A stretch of 64,000 nucleotides of DNA from Camelus dromedarius (lineage: Eukaryota): contig NC_087437.1 of the NCBI RefSeq assembly GCF_036321535.1, positions 27,468,001 through 27,532,000 on the forward strand, in the 5' to 3' direction. The position numbers and the translations under genes were made by a program. The notes under the pieces are model-generated. The model did no database searches. It was not told where the DNA came from and saw nothing but the letters and a program-made list of their open reading frames with translations. Shown here piece by piece: positions 37,271 through 49,322 of this stretch (its first letter is position 1; every line of letters begins with the position of its first letter).

Positions 37271-39474
37271 TTCAATTATTACTGCTGCTATCACTGTGGT
37301 TGGAAATTCACGATTATTAATATCATTACTGCTGTGACCATGTTTTAATTTATACCAGGGCTAGACCTCACACTCTTGACCCCCTGGTTTGGTGCTTTTT
37401 CTCCGACCTTAACTTTATGGGTCTGTCTCTCTGCATCTCTGTCTGTCCCACTGGCCTGTGTGTAGTTACAGGCTAGGGGGTGCATGCTGTGGATTTGCAA
37501 CAACTTCTTAGTATCTGTTAAAACCACCAATATGAAAAGCTGCCTGGTACCGCGCCTGAAGACCCCAGCTCTGACTTACAGTGTTTGGGATGGTGAACTA
37601 CTTCTCTTTAATAGTTCTCAGAGGTCTGTCTCCCTTTCCTAGTGGATGTTTAAAACCAATAGCCATGAAGCTGTGTTGTGAAAGATGCATTATTACGTGC
37701 AAGTAAATTTTACAGCACAAGGGAGCGGAGCACTGTGATGCTGTTAGCACTCAGAGTGGAGGCAGAAGAGCCCAGAGAAGCTTGGCCATTGTGTTCCCTG
37801 AGGGAGGGTCAAGATTACTTTCCAGTATTGCTCTGCTTATTTAGTTCATTTCCGAAGATTTATATTGTGGCAAGAGTACCATTAATTAGTCACATGATCT
37901 TGGACAGCTGTTTAACATGTCTGTGCCTTGGTCTCCTAATTTGTAAAGTGAGGATAATAATAATAACCAGCTTAAGGGTAGTAAAGATTGAAAGAAATAA
38001 TTCTGGAAACACGTTTATTGTAGCATCTGACTGTAAATGGAGTAATCACTCGTGTCAATTATTTTTATTCCTACCACCAGCAGATTTACCAGCATGTCTT
38101 TATTAGTGATATTGAGAGTGATTAAGTCCATACTAAGTTATTTTTATATTTTAAATTTTCCTTAGAAGCAACTGAAAAGATTTACATTTAAGATCAGGTC
38201 CTCTCACTTTTTTTTCTGCTTGGGTCAGTTAAAAATGCTAAGACTTTAGCAAGGACTAGAATAAGCAATACATTTTGCAGAAAACCTTTTCTGAAAAACA
38301 GACTTTTGATCAGAATAGAAACAGACAGTTTCACTTGGTCAGGGCTAGTCTCTTTTATCATCCAAAATGTTTTACAAGACTGCGCACAGAGCAGTACGTG
38401 TAATGAGTACCCAATAGATTGCTTTTTTTTTTTTTTTCTTGTGTTCAAAGAATTACCTTAAGTCTTCACTGCCCAAGACCCAAATCCAGAAGGTCCCATT
38501 GATGCGGAGAGGGTGGATCATTATAGTTAGTAACCCCCTACTTGAACCACTTGGGGTGGGAGGAGGAGCAGTACCCCCAGAAGAAGCAGGGGTGCTGTTC
38601 CCAGAAGAAGGTTAGAACAGTGGGCAGGCAGGGAGCAGAGCTTGTCTGAGGCCTGAGAACTTCCGTTCTCGGGAGGATTTGAGCTTTGCTGGTGATCACG
38701 CACCTCTGACTTCCCCTTTCCTGCGTTCTGTTGCAAGCCTGTCCTGTCTGCCTTTCCTATTTATGCACCTTTAATTAGATATTGAAATAGTGCAATTTGC
38801 CTGCAGAATAATAAAAATAGAGAAAGCAACCACCACAAAAATTCACATAGTTCTGTTGCTGAGGGCAAATTTTTTGGCCTGTGAACCGTCCATGTGAACC
38901 TTTCTCTTCCTGCAGGGTCACCTGGTTCTTGGTCTGACTTGATGCACTGTGCCTCTCTGACGTGTCAGAGGGCACCGTTGTCAGTTCCTGGGGCTGGGGC
39001 AGGGGGTGTTTTGGTATCATGCTTCCCTGGTGTCTGGAGCAGTGGTTCTCACATCTTTTTACTTTAAGATAATTTCCTTGGGCTATATTCTCAGAGACTG
39101 AATTATCAGAGCAAATAGTATAAACGTTTTTAAGACTCTTGTTATATAGTAGAAATTACATCCAAAAGGGAAATATCAACTTTTTTATTCCTATAAAGTG
39201 ATACATGAAATGATTTATATCTTGTGCCTAGAAGTTCTGGTGGCACGAGGTGCCCAATACTTGTTTATTGATGAATTAATAAGTGAGTGAACTAATGAGG
39301 CTACTACCTATTTCATGGTACTCTTCTTCTGTGAGTTTTTTCCCCCCTGATTTTTAATTTTGTATTGTTGCTTTCCTATATTTGCCATTTAACTGGCAGT
39401 CTTCTGCCCTTGTAATTCCTTCAACCTCAACCATGTGTTCTGCTTTTTTATGTGTTTGCTTAAAACTACTTGGA

Positions 39475-39870
39475 ATTAATTTCCTATTACTGCAGTAACA
39501 AGTTATCAGAAATTTAGTGTCTTAAAGCAACACACTTATTTTCTTACAGTTTTGGAGATTATGAGCTTATTGGGCTGTAATCAGGGAGCCAGTTGGGCTG
39601 CATTCCTTTCGCAGGCTCTGGGGGAGAATTTGTGTTTCCTTGTATTTTCCAGCTTCGAGAGATCGCATATGTTCCTTAGCCTTTGTCCTGATGCTCCATC
39701 TTCAAAGTCAGCAGAATAGCATCTTCACATCTCCCCTTGCCTCTGACTTGCGCTCCCATTGTCACATCTCTCTCTCTCTGCTGCCTTCCCCTGAGCATCC
39801 CTGTGCTCACAGTGGGCCCACCCACATAATCCAGGGTAATTCCCCCAGCGATCCCTGTCTCAGTCACAGT
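39475..39870 (-). mobile_element. MLT1 (ERVL-MaLR) LTR fragment
   Basis: ttcctattactgcagtaacaagttat...aatttagtgtcttaaagcaaca...ggctctgggggagaat...gggcccacccacataatccagggtaat. Confidence 0.8.
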
Positions 39871-41913
39871 ATTTCAAAAACTCAATCTTTTAGCAGCATT
39901 TCCCCCTGATTTTCTTAATTCACTTAATTCCTAATAATTACAGCTTCAGTGGGAGGACTGCAGACCTTTTTGTCTTCAAGCTAAGATCTCAGATGTCTGC
40001 AGGCCGGGACGGACCGATGCTCGTCCCCTGTGAGGCGGGGGAGGTGCAGATGCCACTGCCTGATTGCCTTCTCCTCCACCTGTCAGCATGTCTTGTTGCT
40101 GTATGGTTAGCTGCCTTTTCTGCTTTTCCCTGTACAAGGTGAAGTGTTTGAGAACAAGGGCCAGGTATTTAAAAATTTTATTTCCTCAATGCCTAGCATA
40201 TTCGGGGTGCTTAATAAGTGCCTTTGGAAATGACTTGACTTTTTCCTAAGATTTGTTTTCTAGCACATTTCTACCCTAAACTGGTCATCATATCTGGATG
40301 TGTTAAAAAGAAGTCTTGTCCTTTATATATTCTTTTCTATGCATTTCTAGTCAAGCAGAGCTGATTACTTCACTTGGGTGAGTCAATTATTTATTCTTTT
40401 GTGGCATATTTTCATTTTATTTTGATGATGCAGAGGACAGTTTAAAAAGACTCTATGAATGTGACTGATGCACATTCCTGACTAGTGAATTTATTAAAAA
40501 CTGATGGCAGTATTTTTAAGGTAACTCCTTTTGTTCTCTTTAATGCTCTGAATCTAAGTGTGCAGAGTTTCACTTTTATATTTTTGCTTTTCCCAGGATT
40601 AGATTGAACACAAGCAGGAAATTCTCCCAGTTTGCTTTCTTTTTTAAATGCTATGTCCGATTTTTACACATTTTAACGGACTTATTTTTCTTGTTTTAAA
40701 TTAAGAGACCCAGAGCTCCTTTTGGGATACCTGCCCTAAATAACTTCACATTTCTTTGTTTTAAGTCAGCATGTGTTTAACCAAATTTAGGGTAGGATGA
40801 GTAAAACTCTTGGAATCAACTGATTTATAGGATCTGAACTGTTTGCTACTATCTAAAAGCTGATCAGGATTCTTACCCTGGGATTCCTGGATGTCTTCTC
40901 GGAGTCCACACACCTCCTGAAATTTTGTGCTAAATGTGTGTGCGCTCATGTGTTGTTCCTGCAAGTGTGCTCCCGGCTGGCATGATCCTAATTGAGCTCA
41001 CAGATTCCAAAGCATTAAGGACTTCTCACGCAGCGTATAGATGCCAGTACTACGACCGTCTAGTTCTTTCGGCAGAGTGTTTATGCAGCCGGGCAGGTAC
41101 CACAGACTTGCAGTGGATGTCCCAGTGGTTGGCACAGATCCTCTAAAAGGAAGGGTGAGACTGCGTCGAAGGCCAATCCCCTTGCAGGCTCACCTCCTCC
41201 TCCCTCCCCAGTTCACGTCCCTGGGGTCCCTGCGGCCTTTCCTGGACTCCTCTCGTCCTAGCCCGTGCTGCCCTTTTCTAGGCCACAGCGACTGCAGCTG
41301 GTAGCTCTGGTGGCAGTGCTGGGCCCTGCTGGACCCAGGCTCCTGTCCTTTGTTAACTGGGTCTGCTTGGAAGTTCTGTTCCGTTCCATGCCTGGCTGTC
41401 ATTTTTCCTTTGTTGTTTCGGAGGCAGTGGGTTTTGATCCGGCCTCCCTGTAGTTCTTCCTTCCAGGTCCTCCTTGGACTGAGCGACTTGACAGCCAGGC
41501 TTGTTAGGGTTCCGTCCTGACCGAGGCTGTGAGTGAGGGCCTGGGGGGTCAGCAGTGGGGTGAAGTCCTTGATATTCAGGGTCGGCTCCCCTTTCTGTTT
41601 CCTTTGAAATTGAGTCTGGGGGGTTGATGGGGCTTGGTTATCATCCTCTGTGCATGAAGCCTGAACAAGGAAACCCATTCTCCAGGGATTGTCACAGATT
41701 CAGCTGGTCTGTGTAAGTGATGTCTTTCCTTACGACCAAGTGTTTACAGTTTATACCTCAATTAAAATAAATTTGGTACCACTTTTTAAAACGACTATAA
41801 TGAAATGTGAGAAGAAAGCTTGAAAGCTTTAAATATTCTATTGCTTGCATCCTAAACCTTACTGGGTGGAAGTTCGTCTGACATGGCTGGTACCCATTTC
41901 TCTTGGTCACTAG

Positions 41914-42045
41914 GTTGCCCCCAATGACGAGGCTGTGGTGACACTGTTGTGTGAATGGGCTGTGAGCTGTAAACGGTCGGGCAAGCACAGGGCGATGGCT
42001 GTGGCAAAACTCTTGGAGAAGAGGCAAGCAGAAATTGAGGCAGAG
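41914..42045 (+). CDS. MED12L: MED12L coding exon (window exon 8, 132 nt), LCEWAV motif
   Basis: cactag|GTT...GCA GAG|gtaggt; [50 protein letters not shown] is the MED12-family signature. Confidence 0.98.
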
Positions 42046-42689
42046 GTAGGTTCGGTTTTCTTTCTATGTGTAGAATACCACCACTTAAAAATACTGTTCT
42101 GGGCAAGATTCTGCTTCTTACTCTTTATGCCTTTGTTTTTTATTTTTGTTTTTTTTTCTCATGAAGGAAAAGGGGAAAACGTACAAATTCACATAAAGAC
42201 TCCATAGTAGGATCCCTCTAAGTTGATGAAGCCAAAACTTTACATTCTGGACTAAGTTAAAATGATATCTTTTAAAATATGACTTCGGTATCTAACGTAG
42301 AAGAGAAATCTCCCTCTGTGAGGTCAAGGCGCACACACGTGCATGTATCTGTACATTTTGCATTATGTGCATCTGTGTATATACGCACACATGTGTGTAT
42401 TGAATCTGGAAATACTTTGAGGCAGTTGTGACTGTGAGATTACAGCTGCCAATTTGTATTACTTCTTGAGATTGTGTTCCGGCCCCAGAGAGAGCAATTA
42501 AAGCCTCTGGAGCAGATTATAAAAGAACAAACAAATGTTCGTAAACAGTAGCTTTGTTGCGGGAAAAATGTTAAGTGAGCCTCCCTTTCTGCCTGTGAGG
42601 TCTGGCAGGGTGGCTGGGGAGGAGGCGTGTCGGGGACCTGCCGGGGCTGTCCCCTCAAAGCGGGGTGACTGCAGGGCCCCCCCGCCTGT

Positions 42690-43295
42690 CTCTGCTCCTT
42701 CTCGTGTTCCCCGCCATCCTCCACACAGCAGCCAGAGCCATCTTTTCAAAATGGAAAGGAATCACCTTGTCCTCTTCCTGAATCTCCCAATGGCTCCTTC
42801 CCGTGACACACAGAGCCTGACGTGGGCTGCACACCAGCCTTTCCCCTCTCGTCCCGTCCCTTCCCCGGCCCACACACAGCCTCAGCCACTGCGGGGTTCC
42901 TGTCTCCCCACACACCGCACTCGCCTTTGCTCTTGCTGTTCCTTCTGGGTGCCGCTCTCTGTTCCCCATCTTTACACGGCCACTCCTGTTTCGGGAGGTG
43001 TCACTTCCTGTCTGGCATTTCTGGCTCTACATGTGTCACCTCCTCCAGAAGCTCTTCCATCACCACCTGGTCCACAGTTGACGGCACCCACCGCACAGCC
43101 ACTCTTTCTCACATCGCTCGGCTTTACTTTCCGCTTTGGCTCACCGTTCACTGCCCGCTCTCCTCCAGATGTGAGCCTGACAGCAGGGGCCTCGCGCACC
43201 CTGTTCAGTGTTGTGTTGGCACCCTTGGCACCCAGAATAGTGCTCAGTGCACAACAGATGCTCAGAAAATGTCTGTTGCATGAATGGATATGCAC
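42690..43295 (+). mobile_element. LINE-2 3' fragment
   Basis: cacacagcagccagagccatcttttcaaa...ccagaatagtgctcagtgcacaacagatgctcagaaaatgtctgttgcatgaatg. Confidence 0.7.
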
Positions 43296-44602
43296 TTAGC
43301 CGGCTCTCTGTTACTGCTAATACACCTGCCTCCTGTGACAGCACTAGAAAATGAAATAGGAAGAATATTTTCATAGGTCTCTCCTCCTGCTGGGAAGGCA
43401 CTCTTTACCAAATTCAAGAGATCACGTTGTTGAAATTGGGGCTTGAAGATAGTGATGCTAAGGTGTAAACCACATGACCCCTTTTACAATGGGCAAATTA
43501 GGAAAAAGTGTTTCGTTGCATTTTTCTACATATTTGAATAGACTATTCTTCCATGAATGTGCAGTGATAAAACTTTAGTAACTAAAGTTGAATTCTTTAA
43601 ACTTCATTGCTCCTTCTGGATTGTTTTTGTTGTGCCCTCCCCTCCCCCCACACATGTCCCAGGATACACACACATATACACACACACACAACTGCACGCA
43701 GAAGAGGTTCACACAGAGACGGTGTAAATGTGTCCATATCTAAAAATTCACTCAGAGATGTTTCAGATAATTGATTTCTATTAATCACCATTTTCAAAAC
43801 TTGACCTTTATAAAGAGAGGAGGGATTGAAGAGATGATATCTAAATATAATACTATTTTAGTATTAAAAGTAGATAATGAAAATGGGAAAGGTCAAAGAG
43901 ATAGCAAAAAGAATAGAAAATGAGGTTCTGATGGCTTCTAAACTGCTTCTTTGCTGGTCTTTTGGTAAGTTCTGACTTTAAGAATGTCAGAGTTAAACAG
44001 CTTCTCTAGACGTGTGTCATGAACTGTGGAGATTCCAGGAGGTCCTGAGAGAGCTTGCTGGTGAAGTGTATGTGATGAGTGAAGAACCTTACTGGAGGAA
44101 TGACGTTAGTTTTCTCATTTGACTTGGCACCTCCCCAGACATACTCATAAATTCACCACCCGACAAAAACAAACACAAAAGAATCAAGCTCAGTAGTACA
44201 TGCCCAAATATTTCTTGGCTGGAACACCGCTAAACATGGATTATTTAAAAATGAAGACAACCTCATTGTTTTCAGTGGTTTTGCAGAGAGAGTGGGCAGT
44301 TGCTTTTGCTGTGCTGCACATCCAGTGGGCGTTCTCGCCTGCTACGCAGTGTCCGCAGTTCACATGAATAGTGGTTTTCACAGGTGTTGTTTGAAATTGT
44401 TTGAATTGTTCTGGGGCAGTTTCCCTCAACTTTTGGAAGTTACATTCACCTATGATGCGTGGACCTCAGATAAGTACAGAAATCTCAATTTTGCATGTTT
44501 CATCCAAGAATGTAGATATTAACAAACTAACAAACTTAACAACCTGTTGTGACTATACTCGTCCCCTGTAATTAACTTTGCTTGTTTATTTTTTGATCGT
44601 AG

Positions 44603-44729
44603 AGATGTGGTGAGTCAGAGGTCTTAGATGAGAAGGAGTCCATTTCTTCAGCCTCTCTTGCTGGATCTAGCTTGCCTGTTTTCCAGAATGTTCTGCTGAG
44701 ATTTTTAGATACACAGGCCCCATCATTGT
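44603..44729 (+). CDS. MED12L: MED12L coding exon (window exon 9, 127 nt)
   Basis: atcgtag|AGA...TTG T|gtaagt; [42 protein letters not shown](S). Confidence 0.96.
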
Positions 44730-46721
44730 GTAAGTAAAGCTTTTTGCTTCCAGATCTTAGACAAGGGGACTGACCCTTTTTTGGGACTGATTCCTCCCTC
44801 ATCTGTGATCTTACCAAAAGTGAGCACTGAAGATAATGCGTATCTTACTGAGCAAAATTCTGTAATCTGTTTTCGAGGAGACTTTCACGCAATTTTAAAA
44901 TCAGGCAATCTTCAAAGACTTACATTTCCAGAGTTTTAATAATTAAAACAATGAGTCACCTCAGTCCCTTATACTCGGTGGACTAATTTTCCCTTTCTAG
45001 ATCTTTCTTACCAGAAGAGAGGAGCTAAGGTCCTGTGATGTTTACTATGTATATTGTGATTTGGAATTTTCTCTTTTTGCACTGTTTTCTAGATTTCTGA
45101 TTTTCTAACTTCTGATATTAAAAGGGGGGAAAGTAAAAGTCCCTTACAACCAGGTAACGTGTAGAAGTGGTTGGCTGCCTGCCCGCACTCTCTTGGATGG
45201 TCAGGCCTTTCTTGTTCTTTTTGTGTCTTTTCTTCCATTGTTGGTGGGGAGTGGGGGGGCTTGGGGACCAGACAGCCAGTGTGTTCGTCCTGTGGGTGGA
45301 AACTTTAAGAAACTCATTTGTGTGATCAGAGTCGGCTCAATCTTATTCTGAGGTTCTCATATGACCGAGTGCAGCAGGGCAGGTCTCAGCGTAGATGGTG
45401 TGGGTTCAACAGAAAAATGTCAAAAGTGAAAAGTAATAGAAAAGCGGGGGGGAAGTGTGGAAGGTGAAGAAGGGAGGCATCTGTGGAGAAGAAGGAGGTA
45501 AAGCAGCAAGAAGTAGTCCTTCTGATTCCTTTGCCCCATTTGGGGTTGAGTGATGCCTGGGGGCGAGGTTCTGGTAGTTACCTGGCAGCTCTTCTAGGAC
45601 AGAGGGAGAGCAGGAGCCACAGCCAAGCTGGTGGTTGGAATGTAGGGAGCAGCGATGAAACGTGCAGAAGGGAGCAGAGAAATGAGAGGGCAGAGAGGTT
45701 CCGGAGAGGAGAAAACACGTTGTCAGGAAGGGGAGTGAGAGCTGTGACTCACCTTGTGTCCTGGGGGAGGTAGAGAGACATTGGCCCTTTGCTTCCCTTA
45801 TCCAACCCCATCCCTGTTCTTTTTCTTTGGGAAAATCTTCCTCCCTAGAGGAAGCAAGCCTTGCTGGCTCTGGGCCCCATTCACTGCTCGTTAGAGCAAG
45901 CTCTTCCGTCTCTGAGTAGAGTTTGCTCATCACTGAGCTTGGAGGTGGGCGAGAGCAAACATTTAGGCTTGAGGTTTAGGGAACTGAGTTCAGCGTTCCC
46001 CGGGTCCAGCCGTGGTCGCTCTTGGTGTTTGTGAGTGTGGTGGTACCGGGGCTGAGCTTTGTAGGTTGAGTTTTCGTAGTTGACTCCTTTTTCGCCTTCT
46101 CTCAGAGGCACAGATAGGATGTTTGAGAGAGCAGTGGCGATAGGAGGAGTCACAAGGTGAGTTACAGACTGGTCATGAATTTTAAAGGGTGGCAGGGCTT
46201 CATCTTGGTGCTCCTTTCATTCTATTTTTCTCTCTTCAGTGGATCCCACTCACTATTTTTTTCAGATACCAGTTGAATTATGGTTCTATTGTGAAGTCTA
46301 TTTTGAAAAAGTGCATACCCACAGACACTGAAGGTAGAACCAACAGTCAGGAGTCATGAGCTTGTTACAATAGTAAAACCAGAGGAAAGCAGTCTAACCC
46401 TGCTTTTTTTCCTTGCCTGAGATTTGGTGTTTCCATGATTAGTTCAGTGGTTATCCATTTGCCAGAGACCACTGTCTTTAAACTTGAAATGGTGCTTAGC
46501 TCATCGGATACTAGTTTTCCATTCATGTGGGACATTCAAAACTGGTGTGCCGGTTCTGCACAAAGAGCTAGAGCCTTATAGCAAGTTTTCCAATACATCC
46601 CTTACTTTGTTTAAAAAGAAAAATTATGAAAAATTGTGAAAATATTGTTAAGCCTTAGTAGTTGGTTTTTTTCTACTGGATCAAGGAAACTGGAGCCTTG
46701 ATTGAATTTGATTCTTTGCAG

Positions 46722-46936
46722 CGGATCCGAACAGCGAATGTGAGAAGGTGGAGTTTGTGAACCTGGTGCTGCTCTTCTGCGAGTTCATCCGGCACGATGT
46801 CTTCTCCCACGACGCCTACATGTGCACCCTCATATCTCGAGGGGACCTGTCCGTCACCGCCTCCACCCGGCCGCGGTCGCCTGCAGGAGAAAATGCCGAT
46901 GAACACTATCCAAAGGACCATGACGTGAAAATGGAG
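46722..46936 (+). CDS. MED12L: MED12L coding exon (window exon 10, 215 nt)
   Basis: ctttgcag|CG GAT...ATG GAG|gtatgg; (S)[42 protein letters not shown]...KDHDVKME. Confidence 0.97.
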
Positions 46937-48210
46937 GTATGGCCCTGGGAGGGGTGCCCCACGCCCCAGAGACTCAGCTCTGCTGGGGAAGCACTTCCAG
47001 AAGGATTGTGTGGTGGCGGAAGGGGGATCGCTTTTCAGTCATGTTCTCTTGTTACAAAGCTCATTTATCTCCGTTCCTCACTCACAAAAAACATTTGGAC
47101 TATGGTTTCTATCTTCTAAAATTATCTTTTGGATATGCTACAACTGTTAATGAAAAGATTGGACAGGCCATCACGTTTTTCATTGGAATGAAATTGGAAT
47201 TATGTGCTTCCAATTTTACTTATTTCTAATCCCCAGTTTTGGTTTAATGTGCCTCAAAATTGGACTTGTTTTGGCCCTAAAGTCCTGGCTGTTTTCATTC
47301 TAAGGAGCATCTTTTCTCCAGTGTATCATTCATGACTTTCGTCGCTCTTTCCTGCATATACTTTAGTCATAACACATCATATTTTCATTTTGATTAACTA
47401 AAAATTTGATCTCTATCTCTCAAATGCTATAGAATTGCTCTTTTCAACAAATTACTTTATCCTGTGAGTATGGCTTTATAATTTTCTGCCACTTTCTGGT
47501 ATTTTGGACATTGTTCCAGATACTTAGGGGAATTTTCAAGGCAAAAAAGATGAAGTTGATGATGGAATATAGTAGAAAATGGTGAGAGACTGTGATAATT
47601 TCTTAAAAATAAAGCCTCATATTGGTTCTGTTTAACATACTATTTTGATGTTTTTAGAACAGTGGTTATACTTGTAATTTAAAAAGCTGCCATTAGCATT
47701 GCACATGTGAATTCATAGTTTGTACTTATAAGATTTTTAAAAATTATTTCTTCAATGTAAATGCTTTTTTTTCTAAATTTATCCATAATAGAAGTTACAA
47801 AGAGTAAAAAATAAAGTTACTTTACCTGTTTCTGCTTTTTCTTTTCTGTTCTTGGACATCAGGGTATCTTGTATCTTAAATATGCTCTTAAGATTTTTCT
47901 TACTAAGGCAAGTTGTTGAGCATGTGACTGGGGATAGCCCAGTGAAGGAAATTATGGCCAGTTTTTAATCAGGAAGTTTGCGTGCTTTTCCCTTAAAATA
48001 TCATGGAAGTTAGATCTTTCTCATCTTGAAGACTAAGAATGTGACTTTGCAAAGCAATGTATGTCTTAACTTTCTTCTATTTTATTGGAGGGAAGAAAGG
48101 ACACTTTGGGGGGAAAGGAGGTAGATGGTCTAAAATGTCGCTGTCTTGTTTTAGCCTCTTAATGAACTGCAAAATTTACAGTGTGACTTTCTTTCTCTGG
48201 CAATTATCAG

Positions 48211-48315
48211 GAACAGACAATCATGGCGCATATGGGCATTGACTCAGGAGCTACTAATATTTTTGATGAAGTAGACAAGAGTGACTTTAAAACTGACTTT
48301 GGTTCGGAATTTCCA
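48211..48315 (+). CDS. MED12L: MED12L frame-neutral (probable cassette) exon (window exon 11, 105 nt, 35 aa)
   Basis: ttatcag|GAA...TTT CCA|gtaggt; phase 0/0; EQTIMAHMGIDSGATNIFDEVDKSDFKTDFGSEFP; matches my recollection of the 35-aa insert in long human MED12L isoforms. Confidence 0.88.
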
Positions 48316-49145
48316 GTAGGTTCAACCTTCGAATTCTTTACGACCATCAACCCCACCTCCCCAGCTCATCTCCCCCATCTGCTCCTTGCCCTGTGTGCTG
48401 GAATGACCTGTGTCCTTGTGACGCACATGTGATCCTCTCACATTCCACCCGAGGGTACAGTTAATCATCTCATGCAGTTGTCTCATTTCAGCTCATCCTC
48501 AGTTTTGGCTGCATTGCCTCCTTTTGTAAATTAACACTCCGGTCCTCATAGTGGACTGTGACTCATTTATTTGTTTAGAGATCATTGTCTCTCAGGAATA
48601 CACAAATTTCGTTTCATCAGGATGGTCCATGTTGATTTGCTCTGTGTGTGTTCGTCTTCTAAATGGTCGCTTTCCTGGCTCTGGACTTGTCATACATTCT
48701 TCTGCTTGATCTCAGTATGATGACAGTGTGTTGTTCCTCATGGATCTCAATGTGTAACTCTTTATGAAAATGAATATTGGTGGGGTATAGACTAAAACCT
48801 TTGTATCTATTATTTGTTAGTTTTATTAGTGAATTATTTCTGTTTATATGTTTTTGTAGGACATGTAGCCCTATGAGGAAAACACTTAAGTCTGATTTCA
48901 TCTCTGGGAAATGTCCCTGTGCACATTTCTTACATGTGTGGGGTTGTCATTTTCTCATCTTCAGAATAGAGGATGATGCTACTGATCTGAATATGACATT
49001 TGTGGAAATGAATACAATTTATTATTCTGCTCAGTGGTTAAATAAGGAAAGGATATGGTATGAGTGTCTTGTGTGTTTGAGGTTCTGTGTTTTAGTTTTG
49101 CTCTCTTTCATTTGCAATCTCCAACTTTTGTTTTACATGACTTAG

Positions 49146-49322
49146 ATTTTTTCTCCCATGCCTGGAGAGTCCTGTGAGAAAGCCAACCCTGCCTTGGGCA
49201 GGAGACAGTCAGTTAATGTTGAGAAGCTGTTGAAGAGAGAAAAGCCGAGGGAGTTAATTTTTCCATCGAACTATGACCTCCTGCGACACCTGCAGTATGC
49301 AACCCATTTTCCCATACCTCTG
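49146..49322 (+). CDS. MED12L: MED12L coding exon (window exon 12, 177 nt); last exon before the GPCR-containing intron
   Basis: gacttag|ATT...CCT CTG|gtaagt; IFSPMPGESCEKANPALGRRQSVNVEKLLKREKPRELIFPSNYDLLRHLQYATHFPIPL. Confidence 0.97.

Noticed and set aside
42535..43299. 254-aa ORF (likewise 3772..4338 and 32311..32895)
   Set aside because: These lie in GC-rich L2 relics or GC-rich intron where stops are rare; no recognisable domain or exon structure.
48833..48868. Possible poison exon (tttttgtag|GAC ATG TAG)
   Set aside because: The acceptor looks good but I see no convincing donor at exon distance; such AGs are common in T-rich introns.
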